A stretch of DNA of 64,000 nt, from NCBI RefSeq assembly GCF_009914755.1, contig NC_060933.1; one strand, 5' to 3'. The notes under the pieces were generated by a model that saw only the letters and a list, made by a program, of their open reading frames with translations, did no database searches and was not told the origin of the DNA. This document shows positions 1 to 17,224 of this stretch, piece by piece (the stretch's first letter is position 1; each line of letters begins with the position of its first letter). This DNA comes from the human T2T-CHM13v2.0 reference genome, Homo sapiens. The position numbers were made by a program, and so were the translations under genes.

Positions 1-189
1 AATTTTTCACAAATTATCATCAACATCATCAGCAAACAAAACTAACAAAGAGACCAAAATAAATAAATGGACTTTTGTATGTGTGTGTAATCGATACTTG
101 ATGTACAACAATATATAATTTTCATACACAGAGACCCTATGTGGCTACTCAATCCCAGTCTTTTGCTTCATGTACATTTGCTACCTTAC

Positions 190-330
190 TCAACCCATTC
201 CATAAAGGTGTTTATTATGATCCCTATTTAGGGATGAGACAACTGGGACTTATATATGTAAAATGACTTGCTCAAGGCCACTCACTTAACTATATAGGCT
301 GGAATTGTTATCCTTACCTCAGTATCTTTG
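190..330 (-). mobile_element. MIR SINE fragment
   Basis: Degenerate MIR core-like 'ccctatttagggatgagacaactgggact...aaatgacttgctcaaggccac'; boundaries approximate. Confidence 0.55.
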
Positions 331-668
331 CAATCTTTTATACCTTGTATCCTACTGCTTTTAAACAACATTTAAATTTTATTTTAAAGAAAGAAGAAAT
401 ATTTTTAAAAATTTGAGACATTTCAACGGGAAGTTCAGGGCATAGGATTGTAACTTCTGTACATATTTATGAAAGGTGCTATTTTGTCAATAATAGGTGT
501 TCATTATCTTTAGTCAATGAAATGGCAGAGGGTGGGAGAAAAAAGATTTTGGTTGAAAGAAAACAATGAACAAAAAGCATGTTTGATCTACCATCGTATA
601 GGATTTATCCAACAAGATAAAATTAGTCCCACCTAAAAAGTAATACAAAGTTTATAAAAATGTTTCTT

Positions 669-1127
<459 letters not shown>

Positions 1128-1200
1128 CTAGGAAGAAAATATTGAGGAATGAAAGAGTGAGTAACTGAGTTATCAGTGCAATTAGTATAACAACATTGAA

Positions 1201-1481
<281 letters not shown>

Positions 1482-2699
1482 AAAGTGATTTGTTTAGAAT
1501 AATTCCATGTGGACTATGACTTATGTTCACACTGAATGGCTGAAATGTAGTTGAGTCCTAAGAAATAGCATTAAAAACAAAATTATCTACTTTGTAACAA
1601 TATAAATAGTATGCTAAATGAGTAAATAGATTGTATGTGAAAATAGATATAATTCTACTACATCAAATGTTACAGGCAAAATATTTATATTCTGTTAGTG
1701 AGTTTAGTTTTTCCAAAGTAATCCTTTATTATATTTATAGATTTGATGTAAAAGTTCCCCTTCAGTTAATGCTGCCAAATACAGGTATTAAAGCTATCAC
1801 AAGTGCCTCAACAGGGAAAGCACTGAAGTCAGTCATTTAAGAATCTCCTACAAAATGGCACCTCAACTTGAAATATTCCTACTTGTATAAATAAAACTTC
1901 AGATTTTTTTATTTGTCTTTTAGAAAACAACATCATCTTGATTATTTACCTTTGCAGAGTTATCTGTTTTTATGTTTTATAACTTTTTAAAATTAGAAAT
2001 TCATTTTGCATAATTTTGTTAGTAGACATGCTAATTTGTCTGTAAGCCTCATTGATACAAGCAGAGTCACATGGCCATCTGAACCTCAAATGAGGCTTAA
2101 ATATTTGTTACTTATTCTTTCTGACTCCTGAGGCATACATGGGCAAAGGAGAAAGGGGTTCGACACATCCTTTGGACATTTCAGTTTTTTTTAACATCAA
2201 ACGAGACTCAAAAATTAAAAATTATCACATTCACAATTTATATATGAGTTAATTTCCTAATTATAATTTGAAGATTATACAACTGTTGTTTCATTAATTT
2301 TTCTAATCATTCAATAAGATGAAGGTGTGTTTGCTGTTCTTTTACTACAAACAGGGAGGAGGTTGTTACTTTAGACATAGTCATATAATGACACATTTAT
2401 ACTATCAAGGTTTATTAACAGTATACTTTGTCAGAGTTTAGAATAAATATTTTAATTGAAAAGTAGATTAATAGATGGAATTGTGTGCTTAAACTTTTTT
2501 GGAACAACCAGAGGATTGGAAGTAAGTGCAGCTAAAACTTGACAGTAGATTTCAAGAACTAACACTACCTACCATTGAGAGATAAGAAAGTTACTCTTGC
2601 TTTTTCTATAGCAAGAATTCCTCCAGTTATATTTCACACACAAAAAAGGGGTGGCTAATAAAAATAAAAATAACAAACATCATTTTGTATTTACAATAT

Positions 2700-4460
2700 A
2701 TAATTTAAAAATAAAAATTGCATGTATTCAAGGTGTACAATAAAATGATTTGATGTATGTATACATTTTGTAAAGATTGCCACAATCGAAGTAATTACAA
2801 ATTTATCACCACTTACAGTTATTTTATGTGTGTGAAAGTGGGGTAAAAGCACTTAAAAATCTGTTCTTTTATCAAATTCCAAATGAACAATACAGTATTA
2901 TTAAATATATTAACTATGCTATACATTAAATCTCTAGAACTTATTCATCTTTTAACTGAACATTTGTACCCTTTGACCAAGATCTCTGCTCTTCATTCTC
3001 CCTACTCCAAAATCCCTGGCAACCATCATTTTACTCTCTGCTTCTATGGGTCAACTTCTTTGGTTTTCATTCCATGTGTAAGTGAGATGATAAAGTACCT
3101 GTCTTTCCATATTTGGCTTGTTTCCCTTAGTATAATGTCCTCTAGGCTCATCTATTTTGTTGCAAATGGTAGGATTTCCTTCTTTTTATGTGTGAATAAT
3201 ATTCATATGTGTGTGTGTGTTTTTGTGTGTGTGTTTGTGAGTACGTACGCACTATATTATCTTCATACATTCATCCATGGATTAACATTTAGGTTGTTTC
3301 CATATCTTGGTTATTGAGAATAATGCTGCAATAAACATGAGGGTGCAAATATCTCTCTGACATACTGATTTCATTTCCTTTAAATATATATCCAGAAGCG
3401 AGATTGCTGGATTATATGGTAGTTCTATTTTTATTTTTTTGAGTAGTCTCCATGCTGTTTTCCATAATGGTTGTACCAATTTACATTTCCATTAACAGTG
3501 TACAAGGGTTCCCTTTCCTTTACACTCTCGCTAACATTCATCATATTTTGATAATAGCCATCCTAATGGAAGTGAAGGGATAATTTACTGAGGCTTTGAT
3601 TTGCATTTCTCTCATGATTATATTAAGTGCTTTTTCATAGACTTGTTGGCCATTCATATGTCTTCACTGAAAAATGTCTATTTAGGTCCTTTGTCTATTT
3701 TTAAATCAGTTTATTTCTTTATTTGTTACTGAGTTGTGAGTACCTTATACATTTTGGATATTAGCCCCTCAGATCTATGATTTGCGATAGTTTCTCTCAT
3801 TCCATAGGCTGTCTTTTTATTTTGTTATTTGTTTCCTTTGCTGTGCAGAAATCTTTTGAATTGATATAGTCTCATTTGTTTATTTTTGCTTATGTTGCCA
3901 GTGATTTGGGGTTATATTTTAAAAAATCATTGCAAAGACTCTTGTCAAGGAGCTTTTCTCTTATGTTTTCTTCTATGAGTTTTACAGTTTCAGTTCTCAC
4001 ATGTAAGCCTTTAAACCATTTGGAGTTATTGTCCGTATATGGTGAAGACAGGGGTCTGATTCCATTCTTTTGCATGTGGATATTCAGTTTCCTCAACAAA
4101 ATTTATTAAAGAAACTATCCTTCCCCCATTGTGTATTCTTGCTGATTTCTATTCTGTTCCATTGGCCTATGTGTTTGTTTTTATATCAAGACCATACTGT
4201 TTTGATTACTGTAGCTTTGTAAAATAGCTTCAAATCAGGGACTCCAATGACTTCAGCTTTGTTCTACTTTCTTAAGATTGCTATGGCTCTTTGAGGTATT
4301 TTGTTGTTCTATAGGAATTTGGAGATTTTTTTTTCTATTTATCTGAATAATGGGATTGGAATTTTGATAATGGTTTTATTGAATCTGTAGATTGCTTTGG
4401 GTAATATGGACATTTTAACAATAATAATTATTTTAATCTATGAATTCAGGATATCTTTTT
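2700..4460 (-). mobile_element. Old LINE-1 (L1MA-like) 3'UTR and ORF2 C-terminal remnant
   Basis: Minus ORFs '[31 protein letters not shown]' and 'ETVKLIEENIREKLLD' match L1 ORF2p C-terminus; L1MA-type 3'UTR at left. Confidence 0.85.
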
Positions 4461-7312
4461 ATTTACTTGTTTTTAACCAGTATGATGCTCTGTTGTTTGA
4501 ACACTGGACTGTAGAATCTAGCTACATATACATCTCTATTACTTTACTCATTATCAGCAAGAGCAGCAAAAAGATGCCATATATGCTAATATCTCAAAAT
4601 GTCAATATCTCAATATGTCAAAATGATTTTCATTGTTGAATCAGTATGCTAGTTGCAAGGTATCCTGAGAAATTCACCTTTTTTTCTGCTTTCTTACACC
4701 TGAGATACTGATAGTTGTGTTTAAGTGTTGGGTTGATGGTCATAACCTCGATTAAGCAAGGTCAGTTTCAAGATCTAGAAAAGTATTATTGATTTGGAAG
4801 TAAACATGAATAAATGTTTTGTATACTTCCCAAGGAAACTCAAAATATATGACCAGGCCAAACCAAATTGGTAGTAAAATTATTTCTTAGTCATGTCTGG
4901 TTTCAATGGGAAGATAATAAAAAGGAAATCAGTATTCATTTTACCATAATACAAACAATTTATTAATGGTGGTTTTGTATTTATCTCTTTGGGATATCAA
5001 AGTATTATAAGCTTTTATTAAAATAACCTATCATTTAGGAAACTGATATTTTCCACACCCAAAATTTCCATTGCTAGAAAAATAAATGTCATACATTTTC
5101 AACTTAACTATTACAATGCATGCCTATTAATTCCTATAAATGATGTGGAAAGATCTCTTCAACTTTATCTGGTTGGATGACAAATGTTTGTTCTTCTGCC
5201 TTGATGTTTCAGCATTACTTTTGAATTATTAAAGAGAGATTCAGAACTCTCTAGACAACTAATGTAAAGCACCTCTCTAAAATCAGATAAAAATATAAAA
5301 TTCTAAACATTACCCAAGCTTTTAGAAAATTTGATTAAAGGATTAGATCTGTCAGAATGCACTGTTGTACATTTTTCCTTTCAAGAAGTGAAAGAGAATA
5401 GATACATACAAAAGAAAATGTGATTAAAAGAGAAAGACAGAAATGCATTAACAGAAATGACTGATATCATTTCCCTATATAATTTTGAGAAATACAATTC
5501 TATTAGTCATGACTTTTTAATATTTTTTAAAGATTCTTATGTCCTTTGAGTATATGAAAGTTTCTAGGTATAATAATAATTAGCATCTACCTACATTCTT
5601 TAAAAAATCTTTAGGCATTCATCTAAAATTAAGTTATGTAAGAGTGTTATTAGGTAATGTTTATAAGTGCATGATGCTAAGGATATTGTGTCATTAATAG
5701 AGAATTAATGGTGTGTTATTAACAGAGAATTAACAAAGTCTGTGGAATCTAAATTCCAGATTTTTTTCCTTTTTATTATATCCTGAAGTGGTATAGATCC
5801 AGAATTGGTAATAAGTTCTGTTACACAAGACTTAGTGATTCCACTTAACATTTTCTTGATGTACATTGAGTAACTTCCCTCTAAATTATAAAAGAGAATT
5901 AATAAACTTTTATAAATATCATTGAAAATCTTGTTTTAATGTAGCTTTGAAGAAATTAATATTTTTATTATTAAAAATCATACTGTATTAGAAAGAAATA
6001 TGCACAATTTTATGAAATAATACCTTCAGGCTAATATGTATATTTATATATCACCAAATGATTAATATATTTCTATACATATGTTTATACACACACATGG
6101 CTGATGATTCTAAGTCTGTGATAACTGAAGAACAGTTTGGATAATTTTCAGATACAATTGACTTTGAATACTTGTGATAACTTTAAAATGTTTCTATTAT
6201 TACAATCAAATTTTAAAAATGTGTAAATACCCCAATTGTTTAAAATGTCTATTTTATATTTAAATAGCAAAGAGAAAGTGTAAGGAAAGCTTCTTGAGCT
6301 TTCACTTTGATTGTGCTGCTCTGAAAGCTGTGGAGAATTCACTAAAAATTTTTGGGCATTAATATAATCTATAAAATCTATAAAATGAATGAATTTATGT
6401 AACTATTTGTAATGACTTTTTCCCTCAAAGATAAAGGAAAATCCATCTAGGTTTGGAAATCTCTAAGTCAAAAAAATTACTCTAATTAAGCTGTTTCTTG
6501 GTGTCATATCTGAAATAATCTTTCATGTAGTTAAGAAATTATTTAAAGATTGTGGCATAGTGTAGGTGGTTCTTCAAATTCAAGATTGTGGTTAGAATCT
6601 GTGCTTTGATACTATTAAAAACATAAACAAAACCCAAATCATTAACATTACTTCCCTTAGTTACTAAATATAATGATGTTATTTGGAAAGTCTCTAAAAT
6701 TTTTCTGTTTTCTGTATTAACTTCTCACTGTACATAGGGGTGATTTATCATCACTCCTGAGAGATAATTGAGAAAACATTTAAGCTAATAAAATTTTTAT
6801 TTTAACAGTGTACATTAAAACTCCATGTCGTATTGAATATCTAAGAATATTTTAACATTAAGTCAGTTTTTTATTGACTCCTGAACGTTTAAGCATTGTA
6901 GACTTTTACATCCAACTTCATAAAATTTATCTGTATTGAGTCCATAATCAACAAGTCAAGAATGCTTTTGGGTTAAAAGCCAAACATGCCCCTATTATGC
7001 CTCATGTTTTATTATTGTACCAATAATTAATGAATAAACAAAATGAATAAACTTTTTGTTTTAGAAATGTGTAAAACAGTTCAGATTAAGAGTACTATTC
7101 TTTTCCATATTGGTGTTTATTTCAGCCATCCAAAAAAGCCTACATTGATGTAATTCTTAGTTCAAAGGGTCAGGCATTATCTTAAATCAGTCTTTTAAGT
7201 TGATTTTTTATGTTGGAAGATGATTTTGGCAGAGTAGAGGCAATTGCTTTCCTCCTTCTATTTTCAAGTGTATTTTCTACCTAGTATATATTCACTTTAA
7301 AAAATGTGCTTA

Positions 7313-7612
<300 letters not shown>

Positions 7613-7859
7613 TGCTTAGCCAAATTCTGATTATTATACGAGAAGGCATTACTGATTAAACTTAACCTCTTGATGCCTGGTGTTGTATTACTTATTAGAG
7701 TAAATCATTTGCACAAGGTGTTCTCTGTCTCATTTAGAGCCACATTTACTATTTTTTTTCTTTTCCAACAAAGTGTTTAAAGGTTAGCCCTTAATAATTT
7801 TGCAATACAAAGCCATCAAATATTTTGGTTTTTCTTCTCACAAATAAAAAACAATTTGA

Positions 7860-8695
7860 GCAACAACATAAATTAAGTAGTGTTGGATTATAACCCAATG
7901 CATAAAATAAATAACTATGAATCCACACTGATATAAAAATGATAAGATTGATTTAAAAATGTAGGATAATAAACAAATATTCCATGGAGGATTTTAAATA
8001 ATTCATGCAGATGTACTATACTCAAGAAGAGTAATCATAATTCACTGCTTCTTAAATGCAGGTTGTTCATGGTGATTTCCTTCAAAAGACTACATTATAG
8101 AAAGTGGAAAAAAAGGGAGCTTTTACAATGGAGAAATCTGAAAAGTACTATCTCAAGCCAAGTAATCAAAGTCAGTATCAATGATAAATTATGTTGATAG
8201 CATGTGACTTTAATATAATGTAATAAAATGGCGTTTTACTTCTATAATCTTCCTCCCCCAAATACATAATACCAGTTTATTCATGAGAAAAAAAATCAGA
8301 TACAATTCAATAATGAGTTATTCTACAATACAACTGCCCAACATGTTTCAAAATTGTCAAGGTCATCAAAGACAAGGAAATCTGTGAAACTGTTACAGCC
8401 ATGGGGTACCAAAGGAAATATAATTAATGCAGTGTAATATTGTAGATAAGATCTTGGGGAAAAAAAGGACATTAGGTAAAAACTAAGGAAATCTGGATAA
8501 AGTATAGACTTAAGCTAAAAATAATGTATCAATATTGGTTCATTAATTTTAGCAAATGTGCCATACTAAGGTAAGAGGGTAATAAGATGGGAAACCATGT
8601 TCCAGAGTATTTAGGAACCCTCTGTTCTATCTACTCCATTTCTTTTTATCTTTCTCTATATATAGCTATTCTAAAATAAAGTCTATTAAAAACAC
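7860..8695 (+). mobile_element. Old LINE-1 3'UTR fragment (L1MC-like)
   Basis: 'acaatggagaaatctgaaaagtactatctcaagccaagtaatcaaagtc', ending 'tattctaaaataaagtctattaaaa'; recalled L1MC 3' end. Confidence 0.65.
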
Positions 8696-9435
8696 ATAAA
8701 TGGCCCGAACCCACTGTATGAATTCGATTTGTAATTATGCAACTTCCCAGTAAGAAGTGTCCAGGTTCTGATGGCTTTACTGCTGAATTATGTCAAACTT
8801 ATAAGAAAAAAAATACATAATTCACACAAAAACTATTTCAGGAAATAGAGAATGCATGAATAATTGCCACCTTATTTTATGAGACTAGTATACCTCTTGG
8901 CACCAAAAAAAAAAAAAAAAAGGACAAAAACATTATATAGGAAGAGAATTACAGATAATTATCCCTTCTGAACATAGATGCAAGAACCTATTGCAATATG
9001 TTAATCAAGTGCAGGAACATCAAATAAAATATATAAATATAATATCAAAGAGAATATATTGTGATTACGTTGAATTTATCACAGTAATGCAAGGTGTGTT
9101 AGCATGTGAAAATGAATACATATATTTCAGTGAATTAGCTGAGTGAGCAAAATACCATGCTGTATTTATTTCAAGAGATATTTTAAAAATCATTTTAACA
9201 AATGCAATTCCTGTTTATGACTTCAAAAGAACCTCAGCAACTTAGGAATGGAAGGAAACTTTCTCAAACTGATAAAGTGCATCTATGAAAACTATACATC
9301 TAATATCATATCTAATAATACAATGTTGAGTGCTTTTCACCACACATTGGGAATAAAATAAATATGCCCATTTTTCCATTTCTAGTTATTAATGTACTGG
9401 AAGTTTCAGTACAATCGGGAATGAAAAGTAAATAA

Positions 9436-9899
9436 CACTATTCACAACAGTGAAGACACATAATCAACACAAATGCCCATCAATTATAGACTGGATAAAG
9501 AAAATGTGGTACCTATACACCATGGAATACTATGCAGCCATAAAAAAGAATGAGATCATGTCCTTTGCAGGAACATGGATGGAGCTGGAAGCCATTATCC
9601 TCAGCAAAGTTACCCAGGAACAGAAAACCAAACACAACGTCTTCTCACTTGTAAGTGGGAGCTGAATGATGAGAACACATGGGTACTTGGTGGCAAACTA
9701 CACACACTGGGGCCTGCAGAGGAGGGGTTAGGGGAGGGACAGGATCAGGAAAAGTAGCTAATGCATGCTGAGCTTAATACCTAAATGATGGGATGACCTA
9801 TGCAGCAAACCACCATGTCGTATGTTTACTTATGTAACAAACCTGCGCATCCTGCACATGTATCCCTGAACTTAGAAGTTGAAGAAAAAAAAAAAAAAG
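9436..9899 (+). mobile_element. 5'-truncated primate L1 (older L1PA-like) 3' end
   Basis: ORF 'KCPSIIDWIKKMWYLYTMEYYAAIKKNEIMSFAGTWMELE', L1PA 3'UTR, polyA, flanked by GAAAAGTAA(A)TAA direct repeats. Confidence 0.88.
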
Positions 9900-10243
9900 A
9901 AAAGTAATAATAGTCACATACTTTAGAAAGGAAAAGGCAAAACTATCTTTATTTATAGCGCCATAATTTTGTATGCAGAAAATCATAAAGGATCTTCAAA
10001 CAACTAGTAAAGTTAATATTAAATTTAGAAATGTTGCAGGGTATAAAGTCATTAAAATTAATTTCATATATAACATCAACAAAATATTTAAAAATCTATA
10101 AGAATCCCTTTCAATAGAATTACAAAATATCAAATCCTTAGCAGTGTATGCCACATAAAATGTTCAAGATTTCTAACCTAAAAGCAACAAAACATTACAA
10201 AGAAAAATTAAACAAAAGTTGAATAAGTGGGGAGATGCATCAC

Positions 10244-11881
10244 TGCTGGCGGTAGCAGCCTATCTGGAGTGGCAGCTGCAAAGATGCTGGCTGCAGCAGG
10301 GAGGTGTGATTGTGGCTGTACGCTCTGCAGGGCGGCAGAAGCCAGGAAAAGATGAAAGCTCCACCCCCTACTTAATAACTGGGGCAGGAGCCCCAAGGTT
10401 CTGTGCACAGCTGCAGCTGCCAGGGCAACTGGAACTGGGCATCCCTGCACTCTCAGGGGCCCAGGAATTCCCCTTTCGCTGCAGATTTGGAAGTGCTTGC
10501 TACTGCTGCCTGGCCTCTCCTAGCTCCCAGCGCCCACTCCAGGGCAGAGCAAAGCTGTGGCTGAGCTCACTTGCTGTTGTGAACCAGCCAGGTGTGCGCA
10601 TGCTCAGGGGGGTATTGACTTACCAGCCCCCTGCCACCTTGACCCCTTCCGGACTTTGGGGACAAACAAGCATTGGAGGGAGGTTGAAGTGGGGCTGAGG
10701 GTGGTGCGGGATGGGCCTGCAGGTGCCCGTTGGCACAAACAGCCTGGGTGCTATGGACGACTTGGTGATGGTGGCAGGAGGCAGACAGACTCTTGTGCAC
10801 AAAGGGTCAGGTCGCCAGTGAAACCGCACCTTCAAGCCAGGGAAGACACGAAGCCTGGGAACCAGCCTGCCAGTTCTGGGTGGAGTCTGTGGCCCAGAGT
10901 GAGAACATATGGTGCTTTCTCCAGGCGCACCCATGGCCCCCGTGGACTAATCAGAACGTACTTCCTCTCTTCTGAGCCCGTAAAAACCTGGGCTCAGCCA
11001 GACACACAGACTTTGGGACTACCAGCTTCAGGAAGAAGCTACTAATTTCAGGTCTCCTTGACTCGTGGGGACAATCTGCCTGCAGAAAGAAGCTACCCCC
11101 TGGTGGTCTCCTCTCAGCGGAGGGCTGGATGCTCACTGGGACAACCTGACTGTGGAAAGTAGCTACCCACTTCGTGCCTCTTGGGAGCTCCTCTGTGTCT
11201 CAAAGAAGCGCCTCTCCGCCTTGATCACCCTCCAGTCGTCCACATACCTCATTCTTCCTTGATACAGGGCAAGAACTCAGGACCTGCCGAATGGTGGTCC
11301 TGTATCACAGGCAAAGAGCTGTATCGCAAGCAAAGCTGAAACATCCCCCATCCCCCACTTACCATGATGACCATGTTGTGGGCAATGAGAAGGACAGAAG
11401 AACTGTGGCCCTTCAGGAAGCCCAGACCTAGGGGCTCCCCGATCCAGGGCTATGACACCCTCTTTGGGGCTCTGCGGTTCCTGGTGTCCCCAAGCTTCTA
11501 GGTGCCACTGCATTCCCCTGGTTGAAACACAGGCGCCCACAATGGAAGTTGCATGCAGTACATCTAGTCCAGCCACAGCCTTGCAAGGATCTGGCACATA
11601 TACTGGCACCTGGAGCTGCCTACCCCATCCACAGCAGGTGGTGTGCCTAGCTGTGCACAGTGGCTGGACAGCATGCTCACTTGCCCATACAAACCTTGCC
11701 TCTCTGCACTTGGTTCGCTCCTGGCAGGTGTGGGATCTGGGCTGGTAGCACTTCTGAGTGCAGCCTGCTGGGCCAGGTGAGTGGAATGAGTCCAGTATGA
11801 GTGACCAATACTCAGACAGAAGGCACTGCCAGCCACAGAGGTTTCCAGCTGGCAAAGTGACACCCCAAGGATCTCATGACA
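10244..11881 (+). mobile_element. MER52-like ERV1 solo LTR (~1.64 kb)
   Basis: TG start 'tgctggcggtagcagcctatctggagtggcagctgc', CA end 'gacaccccaaggatctcatgaca'; GC-rich block interrupting L1 ORF2, which resumes immediately after. Confidence 0.8.
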
Positions 11882-12274
11882 CCATATTGATGGACTAGAT
11901 AATTCAATAGTTCTAATGGGTAAGTTTTTTCAAATTAACAAATAAAGTCAGTAGAATCTTATCATTGTTTTTTATAAAAATGTACAAATGTTAAAATTTA
12001 TTTGAAAGGGCAAAGGACCATGAATTACCTAAGTAATCTTGCAAAAGAAAAAAATAAAGTTTGAGAACTAACCCTGCTTGACATAAAACACACTATAGTA
12101 ATTAAGACAGACAGTGTAGTATTGGCAACATAATTGGTAAATAGCTCAATGTAAATGAATAGACTTTAGATACTAACCTGTATATGGATAAATAATTTTT
12201 GACAATTGTAGCAAAGCAATCAAATAGACAAAAAATTTTAATCAGTTTTTAAAATAAATTTTAGTGCTAGATTA

Positions 12275-12537
12275 GAAAGAAGGAGAAGGAAGAGGAGAAG
12301 GAGGAGGAGGAGGAGAAGCAGAAGCAAAAGCAGAAGCAGAAGCAGAAGAAGCAGAAGAAAGAAGAAGGAAAAGAGGAAGAAGGAGAAGAAGAAGAAGAAG
12401 AAAGTAGAAGGAGGAGGAGAAGGAGGGAAGGAGAAGAAGATGAAGGAGAAGTGGAGAGGCAGGAGCAGGGGAAGAAGATGTAGAGGAAGAGGAAGAGGAA
12501 AGGGAAGGGAAAGAAAATGAAGCAGCAGCAGCAGCAA
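12275..12537 (+). repeat. Compound purine-rich microsatellite (GAA/GGA/GAAGCA/GCA)
   Basis: ~260 bp almost entirely A/G triplet runs, ending in (GCA)n. Confidence 0.95.
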
Positions 12538-13477
12538 CTTGCTCTTGGCTCATATCTAACAACTCACACAAAAATCAATTTGAGGTGGATCATAGGCCTA
12601 CACTTCAAATCAAAATTAGTAAAATAATAGAAGAAAACAGGACTGTCTTTTCACAATTTTAAGTTAGGCCAAGATTTTTTAGAGGACACAGAATGTATGA
12701 AGCATAAGATATAGCATTGATAAACTATAATTTATAAAAGGAAAAACTCATGCTCATCCAAAAACATGACCAATAATATAACTAGTAGAAAATATGTCTA
12801 AGTCCTCTATATGACTGAGAAGAAATTGTAGTAGCCAAGTGTATGTTTAAAAAAATAAAAACAAGGACCCTAGTAATAAACAGGCAAATAAACCAATAAA
12901 AATGTGCAAAAGTATCAAATGGATACTTCTCCAAAGAAAATATAGAAAAATTCAATATATGCATGAAAAAGTTTTTAGCATCCTTAGTCAGCAGATAAAT
13001 AAAAATACATATAAAAATTAGATACAGCTACATAAAATGACTAAAATAAAAAATTAAAACAACAAACTTTCTAGATCATGTGGAGCAAATAGAAGTCTTG
13101 AACTTTTTCTGTTTCACTGTAAAATTGTACACTCACTTTGAAATCTTACTTGTTCTCCATCTCAGTTATCCATCTGGCATTTTTTTTCCTGGGGGACAAA
13201 CACCCAATAATACCTCATAGTACTTCTTGCAGTTATGAATTGCTGTTTTTTTTTAATTTTCTGAGAATTTCAGGGTTTTATTTCAAGTGTAGTTTATCTT
13301 AAAGTGGGATAAATTACCTTACAGAATTATGGCTTGGAGCTCATTTACTAATAATAACTTGAAGATATAATTAGCTTTAATTACTATTATTTACATGTCA
13401 GATATTTTGAGATTCCAATTAAATATGTTAACCGGTTTCATTATTTACTTTGTGCCTCTTCCATTCTTGTCTCTTTG

Positions 13478-13515
13478 ATATATATATATATATATATATA
13501 TTATATACATATATA
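13478..13515. repeat. (TA)n microsatellite
   Basis: Direct observation. Confidence 0.9.
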
Positions 13516-13529
13516 ATACATTGTCTCTC

Positions 13530-13730
13530 TATGCTTTATTCTGAACTTACAATGCAATTTATCTTCAAGTATACTAATTCTTTCTTTAGTGCTGCCTAAT
13601 CTCCTGCTAAATTCACCTATTGATTTTTTTATTTGTACATTGTGTTTTGAATTATATAATATTTAGTTTCTTGTGGAAGTTTTCAGCTTTTTTATTTACA
13701 TGCTTGGACATGTTTGAAGTCTTTCTATTA
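13530..13730 (-). mobile_element. Ancient L1M ORF1-region fragment
   Basis: 'tcttcaagtatactaattcttt...ctaatctcctgctaaattcacctattga' resembles antisense L1M ORF1 coiled-coil region. Confidence 0.45.
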
Positions 13731-14198
13731 TTAGCAAGAGTAATTTTTACCTTTGTATGTCTCTACAACCTTTTGCCTCTGTTGATTTGATGTTTTCATT
13801 TCTTTTCACAACCATGTTTGTTCTTTATTTTGTGCCACATCATGTATTTACAAAATTAACTGTGGATGTTTTATGAGGATAGGGATATTACTATTTTCTT
13901 CCAAAGATGACTTACATATATTTCTACTAGGTGACTGGGATAGCTAGAAATATGAGACCACCTTGTTCAAGTTTCAACAAGTGAGATGATTTGCCCCTGC
14001 ACTGCAATTCTCTGCAAGTGGACTCCTCCATGGCTCCCTACATGTTACCTTATATTGCTCTTGGAATAATAATGATATGACAATTATATTAGGCTCTTGT
14101 TTAGTTCTTATACCTCAGACACTCTTCTTAGTGTTTTAGAAATAAAAACTTATTTACCACTAACAACAACCCTATGAAGTAGGTAAAATGTTTATCTG

Positions 14199-16386
<2,188 letters not shown>

Positions 16387-16799
16387 AAAATGTTTATTTG
16401 CATTTTACAAAGAGGTAACTGAAGTAAGGGAAAATAAAATAATTTGCCTATGATTACTAGTAATTATTAGAACCACAATTTACCTTCAGGTTTCATGTTC
16501 TTAACTACTGTGCAAATGTGCCCCTCTCTGGAAAGATGGTTGTCCTCATTAGCAACTAATCACTTTGTGAAAATCAGTTCAAGAAATTACTCTTCCCTGC
16601 AAGATTTATACTTTAGCAAAGGATCACAAGCTATGTTAGGAAAGCTTTACAATATGTAAGTCAAGCAGTGCCTATCTGTCCTGTGGTGTTCCTTGCAATT
16701 AATAAACTTCTATTATGATTGTGAAATTTAAGACACGTGAATAGAAATGATAATTTGGCAAAAGATTTTATAAGTACATGCCAATCATGTACTATATAG

Positions 16800-17030
16800 C
16801 TGGTACTTATTATGGAGTTTATTATGTGACAGCAAGTCTGATGAGTCATTTACATATAATATTGCATTTAATCATTAAAGCAAATATTTAATAAATATTA
16901 TTATTCCTATTTAGGCAAGTGAGAAACCTGAGAATTAAACTTGTGTGAAGACAAATGGAGACACATAGCATTACATTTCAATCCTCACCATTTTGCCTCC
17001 AGAAACTGCATTTTAGCTCCAATACTATAT
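16800..17030 (-). mobile_element. MIR SINE fragment
   Basis: 'ttattattcctatttaggcaagtgagaaacctgag' MIR core-like. Confidence 0.5.
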
Positions 17031-17224
17031 TATTTACATGATATAGACATAGAGGTCTGTACATATTCTAACTACATGGTTAACAATTACTGACAACAGC
17101 ATCTTGCTGAGTAATTGGTCTTAATTCAATATTTTCATTTTGACAGATTTTTTTTCGTTTTAGTTTTACTGACAAAATAAAATAAATCAGTACTTTATTT
17201 TGGCAACTAAAATTAGAACACAGG

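Larger units (their letters stand above)
8745..13145 (+). mobile_element. Old L1M ORF2 remnant, split by three later insertions/expansions
   Basis: 'ccaggttctgatggctttactgctgaa' (PGxDGFTAE) at 8761, 'aaactatctttattt' (KLSLF) near 9940, 'aataagtggggagat' (NKWxD) at 10222, resuming at 11882 and running into the C-terminal region. Confidence 0.75.

Noticed and set aside
10208-11863. Cluster of overlapping 60-190 aa ORFs
   Set aside because: GC-rich MER52-like LTR with few stop codons; ORFs on both strands and no recognisable domain.
12238-12571. Poly-Leu and poly-Ser ORFs resembling membrane or low-complexity proteins
   Set aside because: Translations of the purine-rich microsatellite.
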